From an uncultured delta proteobacterium (GTDB lineage: Bacteria > Myxococcota_A > UBA9160 > SMWR01), in contig CAWHTE010000011.1 of the NCBI GenBank assembly GCA_963832165.1, forward strand, positions 832,001 through 896,000: a stretch of DNA of 64,000 bases. The letters run 5' to 3'. The stretch's first letter is position 1, and the number at the start of each line of letters is the position of its first letter. The position numbers and the translations under genes are program-made. Below, in pieces: positions 27,285 to 38,574 of this stretch. The notes beneath the pieces were generated by a model. It worked only from the letters and a program-made list of their open reading frames with translations. It ran no database searches and was not told the DNA's origin.

Positions 27285-28598
27285 ATGAAGGCATCGGGGA
27301 AGATCGTCCGCCGGCTGATTCCGTTCCTGATGCTCTGTTATTTCGTGGCCTATCTGGACCGCGTGAACGTGGGCTTCGCGGCGCTCACGATGAATCAGGA
27401 CCTGGGCTTCTCGGCCGAGATGTTTGGATTCGGCGTCGGCATCTTCTTTCTCGGCTACGTCCTGTTCGAAGTGCCGAGCAATCTGCTGCTGGAGCGGTTC
27501 GGTGCGCGGATCTGGATCGCGCGCATCATGATCACCTGGGGACTGTTCTCGGCGGGCATGGCGTTCATCGCGGGTCCGACGAGCTTCTACGTCATGCGCT
27601 TCCTGCTCGGCGCCGCCGAGGCGGGCTTCTTCCCGGGCATCATCCTCTACCTGACCTACTGGTTCACCGCCGAGGAGCGCGCGCGCTGGGTCGGCCTGTT
27701 CATGACCGCGATTCCGCTGTCGTCGTTCATCGGCGCGCCGGTTTCCGGATGGATCCTCGACTACCTGAACGGCGCGATGGGCGTGGCGGGCTGGCGCTGG
27801 CTGTTCCTGCTCGAGGGCGTACCGTCGATCGCGGTCGGCCTGGCCTGTCTCGCCTATCTCGACGACGGGCCCGCCGCGGCGGCGTGGCTCGAGCCCGCCG
27901 ATCGCGACGCGCTCGTGCGCCGGCTCGAGGCCGAGCGCCGCCACCGCGAGACAGTGCACTCCTTCACGCTGCGCGAGGCGCTGACCCACCCGCGCGTACT
28001 GCTGCTGTCGGTCGCCTATTTCGGGATCGCAGCCGGCAACTATGGCCTCGGCTACTGGCTGCCGACGATCGTCAAGGAGGTCGCTCAGGCGACGCAGCTC
28101 GACACGACCACGGGCATCCCCCTCAACTCGCTCACGGGCTACCTCGTGGCCGTGCCCTACGCGCTGTCCGTGATCGCGATGATCGCGTGGACGCGGCGAT
28201 CCGACCGCATGCGCGAGCGGGTGTGGCACGTGGCCGGTCCATCGCTGGTCGCGGGCGCGGCGCTCGCCTCGATCGCCTTCGTGGACGACCCGCTGTTCGC
28301 CGCCGCCGCCGTGACGATCTGCGCCGTAGGAACCTATGCGGCGTTGCCGACGTTCTGGACGCTGCCGACGGCGTTCCTCACCGGCACGGCGGCGGCCGGT
28401 GGAATCGCGCTCATCAATTCGATCGGCAATATCGGTGGCTTCGTCGGCCCCTATCTCGTGGGCTGGCTGCGCGATCTCACGGGTTCGCCGACGATCGGGC
28501 TCGCGGCGCTCGGCAGCTGTTACCTCCTGACCGGCGTCGTGACGCTCTGGGTCGGTCACGACAGCCGTGTCGAAATGGTCTCGGCGGAGGAGCCGTAG
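27285..28598 (+). CDS. MFS transporter, anion:cation symporter type (tartrate/aromatic acid permease-like)
   Basis: YLDRVNVGFA, FEVPSN, EAGFFPG, GWRWLF..EG and INSIGN.GGF.GP motifs. Confidence 0.92.
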   Translation: MKASGKIVRRLIPFLMLCYFVAYLDRVNVGFAALTMNQDLGFSAEMFGFGVGIFFLGYVLFEVPSNLLLERFGARIWIARIMITWGLFSAGMAFIAGPTSFYVMRFLLGAAEAGFFPGIILYLTYWFTAEERARWVGLFMTAIPLSSFIGAPVSGWILDYLNGAMGVAGWRWLFLLEGVPSIAVGLACLAYLDDGPAAAAWLEPADRDALVRRLEAERRHRETVHSFTLREALTHPRVLLLSVAYFGIAAGNYGLGYWLPTIVKEVAQATQLDTTTGIPLNSLTGYLVAVPYALSVIAMIAWTRRSDRMRERVWHVAGPSLVAGAALASIAFVDDPLFAAAAVTICAVGTYAALPTFWTLPTAFLTGTAAAGGIALINSIGNIGGFVGPYLVGWLRDLTGSPTIGLAALGSCYLLTGVVTLWVGHDSRVEMVSAEEP

Positions 28599-28605
28599 CG
28601 CTGCG

Positions 28606-29884
28606 TCAGCTCTCGGCGACGGCGCGCCAGCGCGCGATCTGGTGGTGCAGCCAGCCACCCTCCCAGAAGTTCACGTCGCCGCCTGCGGCGAGCAGCGCCT
28701 CGTGCGCATCGACGAGCAGCTGCGCGGCCTCGCGGCTCGCGGGCTCGGCCGCGGCGACCGCCTCGGCGAGGCGTAGTGCGCGCAGAGGATCGCGCGCGGC
28801 GAGCCGGCCGCGCGCGCGGTCGAGCACGGCCTTCGCGCCCGCGAGCTCGACGAGATCCGCGAGCGCTGCGTCGGGCCCATCGGCGTAGAGCTCGCTCGTC
28901 GCGCGGCGCTGGAACCATCCGGTGTAGGCCTCGAAGATCGTGCGCACGGCCCAGCTCACCTTCCCATAGCCCTGACCCACGCGCAGGTGCGCCGGCAGCT
29001 GCACCTCGCGCATGATCGCGTACACGTCCTGACCCTTGTTGATGCGCGCGACCGTCTCGCCGTGCACGAACTCCACGGCATCGTGCAGCCGCGCGATCGA
29101 TGCGTCGATCAACTCGGCGCCCTCGATCGGGAGATGGCGGCCCGTGATGAGCAGGCGCGGTGCGAGCTCGCGCACGCGCCGCGCGTTGGCGAGATAGGGC
29201 TCGGCAAACCGGTACTTGTCGCCGCGCAGCGTGTTGAAGTTGGGGAAGTGCGGGAAGAGCGGGCCGAACAGGTTGCCCACGAACGCGATCCGGTGCTGCG
29301 GCAGCCACACGATGCAGCTGTCGACGGTCTCGCCGCCGGGCGCTGCGTAGAGCTCGACCTCGAGCTCGCCCACGCGCAGCGCGAGCCGCGACTCGAACGT
29401 CAGATCGGGCACCGGGCGGTCCTGACCGAGCGCCGCGCCCGGATATTTGCGCGCGAACGAGCCGATCAGGCCAGCGAGCTGACCGAACCAGAGCAGCGCG
29501 GTGCCGGTCCGGAACTGCGCGATGCGCGCATCGTCGGCCTGGCAGGCGGGGTTCATCGCCTGCGCCACGTAGCGGGTGCCCGGCTCGCGAAACCGCGCGA
29601 CGCCGCCCACGTGGTCGACGTGGCCCTGTGTCGTGATCACGTAGGGCGTCGGCCCGGGGCAGATCGCGTCGAACAGGTGCTTGTGGTGCGGCGCCTCCCA
29701 ACCCATCCCGGTATTCACGATCACGCGGCCCGCGCTCGTCACGAGCATGTAGGCTCGCACTGGTACCGCCCGAGCGGTAGATGAAGTCGCGAATCGGAAA
29801 CGCGCGCTCGTCGTGCACGAAGGTCAGAAGCTCCGCGCCCGGCCGCGTGTCGATCAGCTGGTCCACCTCGTCCTGGATGCTCAT
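28606..29884 (-). CDS. MBL-fold hydrolase, alkyl sulfatase-like; one apparent +1 frameshift near 29755
   Basis: N-terminus MSIQDEVD...YRSGGTSA continues in the next frame as AYMLVT; TQGHVDH, GGET.D, FPNF.TLRGD..R, TGRH and GQGYGKVSW motifs. Confidence 0.8.
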
Positions 29885-31140
29885 GAGACCTCCACCTTGA
29901 CCGGGAAGCGCTCGAAGTAGAACCCGAACGTCTCGCGTACCGCGGCCGGATCGGCGCCGAAATCGCGGCGCAGGTCGTAGACGACCTGGCCCTCCTTCCC
30001 GCGCGGATGATCGCGCAGGTATGCGGCGATCTCGCCGCGCGCGGCGTCGGTCATCGCGAGTCCGGCCACCTCGTAGATGCGCTCGACCGTCGCGAGATCG
30101 TCCGCCATGAACTCGTGGAACAGCACGTCGATCGTGCGCTGCGCGGGCAGCAGTGTGCGATCGCGCACCGACGCCTCGAGCAGGCGCCGGATCCGGTCCG
30201 TCCAGTACGCGAGGTACCACTCGGGGTCCGGCGTGCGGTAGTTCATGCGCGCACCGTAGGCGAGCATCGTCGCAGCGGATTGCACCACCGATACCGGGTC
30301 GCGATGGGTGACGACGATCGTCGCGTCGGGGAACGTCGCGAGCAGCGGCCCGAGCTGCTCGAGGTGCTGCGGCGACTTCAGCACCCAGCGCTCGCGCGGC
30401 TGCCGCCACTGGAGGATCTGCAACACGCTCTTCAAGTAGGCGTAGTGCGGTGTCTGGTCGTGGGAGAGGTAGTAGTCGCGCCAGCGCGGCGCGCGCGCGA
30501 TCCACTCCTGGTTGTAGCTCGAGAAGTCGGGCAGCATGAGCTCGAGCTCCTCGTGGATGTGATCGGGACTCATCGGATGCATCGCCGCGAGCAGCGGCAC
30601 GTTCGCGCGCATCATCTCCCAGCCGCGCGCGGACCGCGCATAGCGCGGATCCGCCCCATCGGGTCCCGGCTGCTCGCGCGGATCGGGCACGGGCTCCTGG
30701 CTCTCCCAGAGAGGTAGCGAGCGCAGCCGGGAGTCCGCGGCGATCAGGTTCACGAGATGAGTGGTGCCGGAGCGCGGCAGCCCCACGACGATGATCGGGC
30801 GCCGGATCTCGACGCGCTCGATCTCGGGATGCTCCTTGCGCAGCGCGCGGATCCACAGCCGGTTCGCCGCGCAGCGCACGCAGTCGTTCCAGAGCGACGC
30901 GCGGCCGAGACCCGTGCGCTGGGAGTCCTCGTCCATCTCGGAGAGCCACAGCGCGAGCCGCTCGTGGAAATCGTCGGGGCCGAAGTCGTCGAGCCCCGTG
31001 CGGAGGACCGCCGCTTCGAGCACCGATTCGAGGGAGAGCGAGACGGGTGTGCGCTCGCCGAACTGGAGCGCCGCGCGCTGTGCGGGCGTGAGCGCGGGCT
31101 CGCGCAGATCGTCGATGCGGATCTGCTGCGCTCGACTCAT
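29881..31140 (-). CDS. Sulfotransferase family protein
   Basis: PAPS-binding GLPRSGTT, WVLKSPQH and THRDP....S motifs; ATGA overlaps on both sides. Confidence 0.9.
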   Translation of the reverse strand: MSRAQQIRIDDLREPALTPAQRAALQFGERTPVSLSLESVLEAAVLRTGLDDFGPDDFHERLALWLSEMDEDSQRTGLGRASLWNDCVRCAANRLWIRALRKEHPEIERVEIRRPIIVVGLPRSGTTHLVNLIAADSRLRSLPLWESQEPVPDPREQPGPDGADPRYARSARGWEMMRANVPLLAAMHPMSPDHIHEELELMLPDFSSYNQEWIARAPRWRDYYLSHDQTPHYAYLKSVLQILQWRQPRERWVLKSPQHLEQLGPLLATFPDATIVVTHRDPVSVVQSAATMLAYGARMNYRTPDPEWYLAYWTDRIRRLLEASVRDRTLLPAQRTIDVLFHEFMADDLATVERIYEVAGLAMTDAARGEIAAYLRDHPRGKEGQVVYDLRRDFGADPAAVRETFGFYFERFPVKVEVS

Positions 31141-32108
31141 AGGTAGGGATGGACCTCGCGCTCGAACAGATCGAGCATCCGCCGCGCGAACGCAGGCTCG
31201 ATTCCCGCGAGCAGCGGATTGAGATAGAGCACGCTGTTCGCGCCGAGCTGCTCGGCGAGCGCGAGCGCCTGATCCGGTGTGAGCACGCGATAGGCGGGAC
31301 TCTCGCGCACGGTCTCGGGCGTCATCTGCTTTGCGTAGGGGCCGGACGGGCGTCCGTAGGCCTCGATCGTCCACTCGCTGTAGGAGCGCAGCTGGTGGAG
31401 CACGTGCGGCATCACGCGATCCCAGTCCTTCTCGGGCTCCTTCGAGATCCAGAGGAAGATCGGACCCTGGTTCGGATACTCGCCGGGGTCGGGCTTGCCG
31501 AGCTTCAGGCACTCCTCGCGATAGGGCGGCCACAGCTTCGGCTCGAGCGGGGGGAACCAGCCGTCGGCGATCCGCGCAGCGCGGCGCGCGGCCGCAGGCG
31601 TTCCGCCGCCGAGCAGGATCGGCGGCGCCGGATCGGGCCGCGGCGTCACCCAGCAGCGCCGGCCCTGCCACTCGAACGGCTCGCCGGTCCACGCGCGCCG
31701 CAACAGCTCGATCGTCTCACCGACGATGCGCCAGCGATCTTCGAGCTTGCGGCCGAACGTCTCGAACTCGCTCGGGCGATAGCCGCCGCCGATGCCCAGC
31801 AGCAGGCGCCCGTTCGTCGCGAGCTGCGTCACCGCCGCGTCTTCGGCGAGCTTGATCGGGTCGTACAGCGGCGCGAGCACGACCGACGTGCGGAGCCGGA
31901 TCCGCTGGGTGCGCGCGCCCATCGCGGCAGCGAGGATCAGCGGTGACGGGTTGTAGCCGTCGGGAGAGCCGTGATGTTCGCCGAGCCCGACGCTGTCGAA
32001 GCCGAGCGCGTCGGCCCACTGCACCTGATCGAGCGCCGCAGCGTAGAGCTCGCGCGCGGGCACACCAAACGAGGGCGCCCGCATGTCGTAGCTGATTACG
32101 AGCTCCAC
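31137..32108 (-). CDS. LLM-class flavin-dependent oxidoreductase
   Basis: EHH...DGY.PSP, RT.RI, P..LAED and GR..LG.G.GY motifs. Confidence 0.9.
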   Translation of the reverse strand: MELVISYDMRAPSFGVPARELYAAALDQVQWADALGFDSVGLGEHHGSPDGYNPSPLILAAAMGARTQRIRLRTSVVLAPLYDPIKLAEDAAVTQLATNGRLLLGIGGGYRPSEFETFGRKLEDRWRIVGETIELLRRAWTGEPFEWQGRRCWVTPRPDPAPPILLGGGTPAAARRAARIADGWFPPLEPKLWPPYREECLKLGKPDPGEYPNQGPIFLWISKEPEKDWDRVMPHVLHQLRSYSEWTIEAYGRPSGPYAKQMTPETVRESPAYRVLTPDQALALAEQLGANSVLYLNPLLAGIEPAFARRMLDLFEREVHPYL

Positions 32109-32130
32109 GACTGGGCGGGCTCCTTCATGG

Positions 32131-32535
32131 TCAAGCAGACCGCTCCACGATCTCGATCAGATGGCCCTCGGGATCGGTTGCAAACGCCACCCGCACTTTC
32201 ATGTCGGGATAGTCACGGATGTCCTGGTACAAGCCGCCGCCTGCGTTTCGCACGCGCTCGAGCAGTGCGGGCAGATCGCGCGTGGTGAAGCCCAGGATCA
32301 GCTCGCCGCTGTGCGGGTGCGGCCTGTCGACGAACTTCAGCAGGATCAGTGCCCCGGGTGTGAGATTGCCCGCAGTGCCGAGGATGACCTGGTCGACCGC
32401 GTCACTGCCTACCGAGTCCTTCAGGCGAGTGATCTGCTCGAGCTCGAACGCCTGGCTGTAGAACGCGGCCATCTTGACGAGGTCGTCGACCACGAGCTTG
32501 GTGAAGGTGAAGGTCGAGAGTCGCGGCTTCGCCAT
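32131..32535 (-). CDS. VOC family protein
   Basis: FTKLVV.DL.....FY and F.TDPEGH.IE motifs; GAGGGGAG RBS. Confidence 0.82.
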   Translation of the reverse strand: MAKPRLSTFTFTKLVVDDLVKMAAFYSQAFELEQITRLKDSVGSDAVDQVILGTAGNLTPGALILLKFVDRPHPHSGELILGFTTRDLPALLERVRNAGGGLYQDIRDYPDMKVRVAFATDPEGHLIEIVERSA

Positions 32536-32677
32536 GGGCTCCCCTCGCTCTGTTGAACGGCGTTCCATTCTACATCGGCGCCGGCGCGGACCCTCCTTCC
32601 CCGCGCTTGACGCCTGGGGCGCTGCTGCGCACGATCCGTGCGCCGCGGACAGGGCGCGCACGCCCGAGGAGGATCCA

Positions 32678-34101
32678 ATGCGTCGCCGAACGATCTGGCA
32701 CTGCGTGGTGTTCACGGGGCTCGTGCTATCCGGGTGCGCGGGCCCCGCGCCTTCGATGCGCGTCGAGCGCAGCGAGCCGCGCCCGGGCTCGGTCTGGATC
32801 TCGGACGTCGCGGTGCTCGACGTGGCGGCCGGCGTGCGCACACCCGGGCGCGACGTGCTCGTTGCGAACGGGAAGATCGAGGCGATCGCGAAGACCGGCG
32901 CGGGCGCGCCCCCGGCCGGCGCGCTCGTGATCCCGGGGAAGGGCGCGACGCTGGTGCCGGGCCTCGTCGACATGCACGGCCATGTGTATGCCGACTCCCA
33001 CCCGATCTGGAACCTCGGCGTTCCCGACCCCGAAGCGAATCTGCGCGCGTATCTCTACTCGGGCGTCACCACGGTCTTCGATCCGGGAGACAACAGTCCC
33101 GACGCGTTCGAGCGCCGCGATCGCGTCGCGCGCGGCGAGCTGCCCGGCCCGCACATCTTCACGGCGGGCCCGATCCACACCGCTCCCGAGGGTCACCCGA
33201 TCTCGCTCGCGCGCGCCTTCGCACCGTGGTGGATCGGCTGGTATCTCGCGCCGCGCGTCGCGACGGCGGTGGATTCCGTGGAGGAGGCGAACGAGGCGAT
33301 CGACCGCCTCGCAGAGCAGCAGCCGGACGCGGTGAAGATCGTCGATCGACGAAGTTCCGCTCGAATCACCGCGCCTGCGCCCGGAGGTCGCGCGCGCGAT
33401 CGCCGACCGTGCGAGGAGCCACGGCCTGCGCACCGTGGCGCACATCGGCACGACCCGGGATGCGATCATCGCAGCGGAAGCCGGCGCCGCGCTCTGGGTG
33501 CACGGCGTGTACAAAGAGCGCATCCCCGACGCGGACATCAAGCTGCTCGCGGGCTATCGCATCCCGATGGTCGCGACGATCGAGGTCTTCGACAACTACG
33601 CGCGGCTGCGCGGGGGTGGACCGCGTGTGGCGACTCCGCTCGAGCGCGAGACCGTACCCGCGGAGCTGCTCGATTCGTTCTACCCGCTGCCGGACGGATT
33701 CGACGTGGGAGTGCTCACATCGTGGAGCGAGCTGAACGAGCGGGCAGTGCCGCACCGGATCGAGAACGTGCGGCGCCTGCACGCGGCAGGTGTCACGATC
33801 TTCGCGGGCAGCGATACGCAGTCCGGTGTCTTTCCAGGGCCCGGCCTGCACCGGGAGATCGCGACATCTCGTGCGCGCGGGGCTCACGCCCACCGAGGCG
33901 ATCCGCGCCGCCACGCTGGATCCGGCGCGCTTCCTCGCCCGGACCCAGACACCGGACTGGGGCAACGTGGCGGTCGGCCAGCGCGCCGATCTGCTGCTCG
34001 TCGAGGGCGACCCGACCCACGACGTGGCCGCGCTCTCGGCGATCCGCGCGGTACTCCAGGACGGCGTGCCGATCGCGCGCAAGCCCGTGGAGAAGCGATA
34101 G
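32678..34101 (+). CDS. Amidohydrolase family lipoprotein; apparent +1 frameshifts near 33344 and 33864
   Basis: LSGC lipobox; PGLVDMHGH, AHI, AGSD, G.TP.EAI.AAT and G.RADLLLV.GDP motifs spread over three consecutive frames. Confidence 0.8.
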
Positions 34102-34108
34102 TCGGACG

Positions 34109-36314
34109 CTACGAGGCGTGGTCCACGAAGATCGGCGACGACCACGCGCGCTCCTCGGTCTCGGAAAGACACTCGTCCTCGGCGGGACGGCCGAAGCACG
34201 GGGCGACCTTCGTGCAGCGGCCCTGCGCGTCGTAGGTGCAGCCGAGCGGATTTGCGTCCACGGCCGGGCTCGGTGCCTCGATCGCGCGCACGTAGTAGAG
34301 GGCGTCGTGCCCCGACGCCGCGAACTCCGGGTCGGTGAACTCGGCCTGGCAGCCGGTGGGATCGCCCGGGCACGGGATCACGCGCCACGGATCCTCGATG
34401 CGCTGGTGCGCATCGGGGCCGGGGCCGGGCCGGATCCGCACCACTTCGAGGCGTGTGATGGGGCGCCGCTGATCGGTCGGGTTGTAGCACTCCCCGCGAC
34501 ACAGGCGTTCAACGCGATCGCCGAGTGCATCGAGCGCATCGGCGGGACAGCCGGGCTTCTGCTCGAACGAGCCGACCGCGCGCGCCTGGAAGATCGGCGC
34601 GTCGCCCATCGCCGCCTCGCCGCCCATCGGCAGCGGCTGCCCGCCCGGCGCGTTCACGAGATCGAACCAGAGCAGGATGCGCGGGCCGCTCGTTCCATAC
34701 ACTTCTCTGCGTTGGAGCGCATCCCAGACCGCGCCGCGGCTGCGCCCGGTCGCGTGCACGGCGGCGAGCCCGCCGTTCAGGAAGAACGAGGCCTGACGCT
34801 CGGTCTCCATCACCGCGAACGGTGAATCGCCGGGCTTTCTCACGTAGGGCTCGGTGTGCGAGAGCGGCGGCCGTTCCTTCACCTGGCCGATCGGCGTCTC
34901 GAGCAGGTTGCCGAAGCGCGCCTCCGTGAACTCGGTGCGCGCCACCTCCTTGTAGCCGGTGCCGGGGCGGCCCGAGTGGTTGTCGCTCGATCCGATGAAG
35001 CCGAAGCGGAAGCTCTGCGGGCCGTCACCGTCGGCGCCCGAGCGACATGATGTACTGGACCGAGCTGCGCGGCCGGTAGTTGAACGCGGGCTGGAAGCAG
35101 TCGCGACACTGGCCCGCGTCCTGCCAGTCGACGGGCTCGGTGCCCGGCACGACCGAGGCGCCGCCGTTGTTGATCGCGTCCACGAAGTGCTGGCGCGCGC
35201 TGGCCGCGCGCTCGGCGCATTCCGACTCCGGGCGCTTCTCGGCGAGGCAGCGCGCTTCGATGATCTCGCCCGCGCGCCAGCACGAGGGCAGATAGTTGTC
35301 GGCGGGGGAGGGGCAGGTGCTCGTGCCGTCGGCGGAGATCACGACTTCTCGATAGGGCCGGAACTCCTCGGAGTTCCCGTGCCCCGAGAACACCTCGATC
35401 AGCCGCTGCCGCGCCGGATCGTGCTGCTCGAACGACAGCTGCTTGTCCCAGCTCGAGCCGAGCGGCGTGTAGAAGCCCCACGTGGTGCCGTGCGGGATCA
35501 CCATCGACACCACGTTCCACTCGTTCAGCTTCGCGAACAGATCGTGCGGAGTGGGCGCGAGCTCCCGGCAGTCCCGGGGCAGGTCGCGCACGGGAACTCC
35601 TTCGGGACAGATCGGCACGTCGGTGGCGCTCATGAAGCGCGCGAAGTCGGCGCCGCCGTCGGCGTAGCGGCCCAGCGCGAGCAGTCCGAGCAGGAACGGC
35701 GAGGGGGTGACCAGGTCTTCGCTGCGCCCGCTGACCACCGTGGTGAGCGGCCGCGCGACGATCTTGTCGTCGTCGAGGTCGCGCAGCACCACGTTCTTGT
35801 GACCCCAGTGGTCCTTGGGCGTCGAGCCCACGTTGGTCCACTCCCAGCCGAGATAGGCGACCGTGTCGGGGCTCTCGGGGTTGTCGGCGATCGCGTTGCA
35901 CTGCCGGATCGACTCGATCGTCTCGCTCCACATGCGCGGAGTGAGCGTGAGGTCGTGGTCGTTGATCGACCAGAAGTCGAGCCCGGAGCAGTGGCGCGCG
36001 TAGTCGCAGGCGTCCGCGACCGGGTGCGCGCCGTCGCCGCCCGCCATCGGCAGGCTCGCCGCGAACGCATCGAACGAGAACGTGCTGTGCACGTGAAGAT
36101 CGCCGAACAGGATCTGCTTGGGCTGCGCGACGCCGATGCCGCGCGCGGCCTCGCTCTGCATCGCCGCGCGGTCGCCGACGATCTCCTTCGCGATCGCGCG
36201 CGCCTGCGGTTTGCCCGCGGCGGTTTCCCTGCCGAACAGGCCGAGCCCCGCGCTGTAGAGCAGCGCGAGGGCCAGGACGAGGAGCAGCGCGATTCCGGCG
36301 AACAGGCGCGTCAT
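34109..36314 (-). CDS. DUF3604 (PHP-like) domain exported protein; one frameshift near 35038
   Basis: FGDLHVHS.FS.DA, INDH, GWEWT, FGFIGSSDNH, EVYGTSGPRI and ERAWSSPI motifs across two frames. Confidence 0.82.
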
Positions 36315-36427
36315 GGCGATGACGGGACCTCCCGTCGGCCTTCTACCATTGTGCGCGTCACAAAGAAAGGTCCGAAGCGACATCGCGGTGATACGCTGCG
36401 GCGCGACGAGGCGAGGGGAGGAGCGCG

Positions 36428-37261
36428 ATGGCAGCGGACGCGGGTGCGGTGCTGGTGACGGGTGCGGGTGGTGGCATCGGTTTCGCGTGCGCGCGCGCGC
36501 TCGCGGGCAGCGGGTCGCTCCTGCTCCAGGACCTGGACGACCGCAGACTCGCGATGGCCCAGAAGGAGCTCACGAGTGAGGGGATCCCGGCCCAGACGAT
36601 CGCGGGAGATCTCTGCGATCCGGCACATCTCGGTGCGCTCGCGGCCGCCGTCGCGCGCGCGGGCGGCCTGCGCGCGCTCGCGCACACGGCGGGCATCTCG
36701 CCCGTGATGGCCGATGCGCAGCGCGTCTTCGAGGTGGATCTGGTCGCGACGGTCCGGCTCGTCGATGCGCTCGTGCCGCAGCTGCAGCCCGGCGCGGCTG
36801 CGGTGCTGATCGCCTCCCAGGCCGGACACTTCATCGCGCCGGTCGCGACGCCCGCGATCGATGCGATCCTCGACGCGCCGCTCGCAGACGATGCGTACGA
36901 GCGCCTCGTCGCGATCGCGGGCCCGCTCGCGAGCAGCTCCGGCGGCGCATACGGGCTCGCGAAGCGCGGCGTGCAGCGCCTCGCCGTCGCGCGCGCGGCC
37001 GAGTTCGGCGCCGCGGGCGCGCGAATCACCTCGCTCTCGCCGGGAATCATCGACACGGGAATGGGTCGCTCGGAGCGCGTCGCGCACGCGGCGGCGACCG
37101 ACCAGATCGTGGCGAAGACCAGCGCGGGGCAGCGGCTCGGCCGGCCCGACGAGATCGCGTCGGTGGTGGCGTTCCTGTGCTCGGATGCGGCGAGCTTCGT
37201 GACCGGGGTCGACTGGCTCGTCGACGGCGGAAGCACAAACCAGGTGCTCAGCGGCCGTTAG
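36428..37261 (+). CDS. SDR family oxidoreductase
   Basis: TGAGGGIG, YxxxK (YGLAK), SPG.IDT and FVTG....VDGG motifs. Confidence 0.92.
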   Translation: MAADAGAVLVTGAGGGIGFACARALAGSGSLLLQDLDDRRLAMAQKELTSEGIPAQTIAGDLCDPAHLGALAAAVARAGGLRALAHTAGISPVMADAQRVFEVDLVATVRLVDALVPQLQPGAAAVLIASQAGHFIAPVATPAIDAILDAPLADDAYERLVAIAGPLASSSGGAYGLAKRGVQRLAVARAAEFGAAGARITSLSPGIIDTGMGRSERVAHAAATDQIVAKTSAGQRLGRPDEIASVVAFLCSDAASFVTGVDWLVDGGSTNQVLSGR

Positions 37262-38124
37262 GCTGCTCCGTCGTGCGCGCGCTTCTCGAGCGCGCGCGCG
37301 ATCTCCTCCTCGCCGAGCGGCTCGGGGTGCACGACGCGGAAGCTCGTCGCCCATTCGGCCGCGATGTCGCGGCCGAGCCACACGTTGATCGAGATCGTCA
37401 CGCCCATCGCGCCGATTGCGCCGAGGCTCGCGAGCGCCATGTCCTTGTGCGCGTCCCAGACATCGCCCTGCGTGCCCAGATAGGATTGCCCGAGGTCCCC
37501 GCCGAACGCGACCGCGGCGCCCCACTCGATCAGCTCGTAGATCATCGAGCTCGACATCGTGAGGTCGAGCGGCAGGAAATAGCCCCAGAAGCCGCGCACG
37601 TCGACGATCCGCAGGAACACTTCGCGGATCGGGTAGGCGAGCAGCAACCCGTACGCGAAGTGGACCAGGCGATCGTACATGTTGCGCTCGAAGCCGAGCG
37701 CGGCGTCGGGCGAGAAGCCGAGCCAGCGCTGGCTGCCGGCGTCGTAGGGCACGAGCGAGTAGGTGTAGTGCGAGCCGACGACGTGCAGCGTCAGGAACAG
37801 GAAGATCAGCGTGTAGGAGACGCGCGAGAAGCGGAACGCGCGGTAGGTGAAGGCGAGCACGGCGACGCCGAGCACCGTGAGCGCGTTCTCGAGCAGCCAG
37901 GTCGAGCGCGACACCGGCGAGATCGCGAGCACCACGAACTCGACCGCGAACACGCTGCCCAGGATCGCGAGCGTCGCGGGAATCGAGAGGCGCTGATCTC
38001 GCAAGCGAGCTCCGGATCTGCGCCGCTCGCGAGCCGCAGCGAGCGCGCCCGGAGCGTAGAGGAGACGCTCGCCACGCGCCGGGACGGGAGCTAAGGCCGT
38101 GTCGGCGTTCGCCCGATCCTCCAT
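37258..38124 (-). CDS. DUF2238 / YjdF-like inner membrane protein
   Basis: W.LEN, H..G.HYTY..VP, RN.YDR.VHF, YE..EW and QGD.WDA.KDM motifs; start uncertain. Confidence 0.85.
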   Translation of the reverse strand: MEDRANADTALAPVPARGERLLYAPGALAAARERRRSGARLRDQRLSIPATLAILGSVFAVEFVVLAISPVSRSTWLLENALTVLGVAVLAFTYRAFRFSRVSYTLIFLFLTLHVVGSHYTYSLVPYDAGSQRWLGFSPDAALGFERNMYDRLVHFAYGLLLAYPIREVFLRIVDVRGFWGYFLPLDLTMSSSMIYELIEWGAAVAFGGDLGQSYLGTQGDVWDAHKDMALASLGAIGAMGVTISINVWLGRDIAAEWATSFRVVHPEPLGEEEIARALEKRAHDGAA

Positions 38125-38141
38125 GCGAAGGGGTCGGGCCG

Positions 38142-38549
38142 ATGCAGATCGAGCTGCTCGTGGCGTTCACGCTGCTGGCGATGCTGGCGTTCCCGTTGGC
38201 GCTCGACCGGCTGCGCCACGAGCTGCGGCGGCAGCGAGTCTGCGCGGCCGCGCGCGATTTCGGGGGGCTCATCACGCGGAGCTTCCTCACGGTGCCGTGC
38301 TCGCAATGCGACGAGCGCGACATGGGACTCGTCTCGGTGGGTCCGAACGCGCGCTCGATCCACTACGAGTGCCGCGGCTGCCGGAACCGCCATCACGCGT
38401 CCGCCGCCTCGACCGATTTCTCGGCGGCGGCTCCCCAATACGAGCTGTTCCAGAACCTGCTCTCGGCGTTCAACGAGCGCTATCGCCGCCGCCGCATCGC
38501 GATCGACATCGTGTTTCGCACGCCACGGGCTCGCGCAACGGACGCGTGA
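38142..38549 (+). CDS. Hypothetical membrane-anchored protein with two CxxC pairs (zinc-ribbon-like)
   Basis: N-terminal TM; CSQC and CRGC; fills the gap between neighbouring genes. Confidence 0.55.
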   Translation: MQIELLVAFTLLAMLAFPLALDRLRHELRRQRVCAAARDFGGLITRSFLTVPCSQCDERDMGLVSVGPNARSIHYECRGCRNRHHASAASTDFSAAAPQYELFQNLLSAFNERYRRRRIAIDIVFRTPRARATDA

Positions 38550-38574
38550 TCTGGCAGGATCGGGCAGAGGCAAA

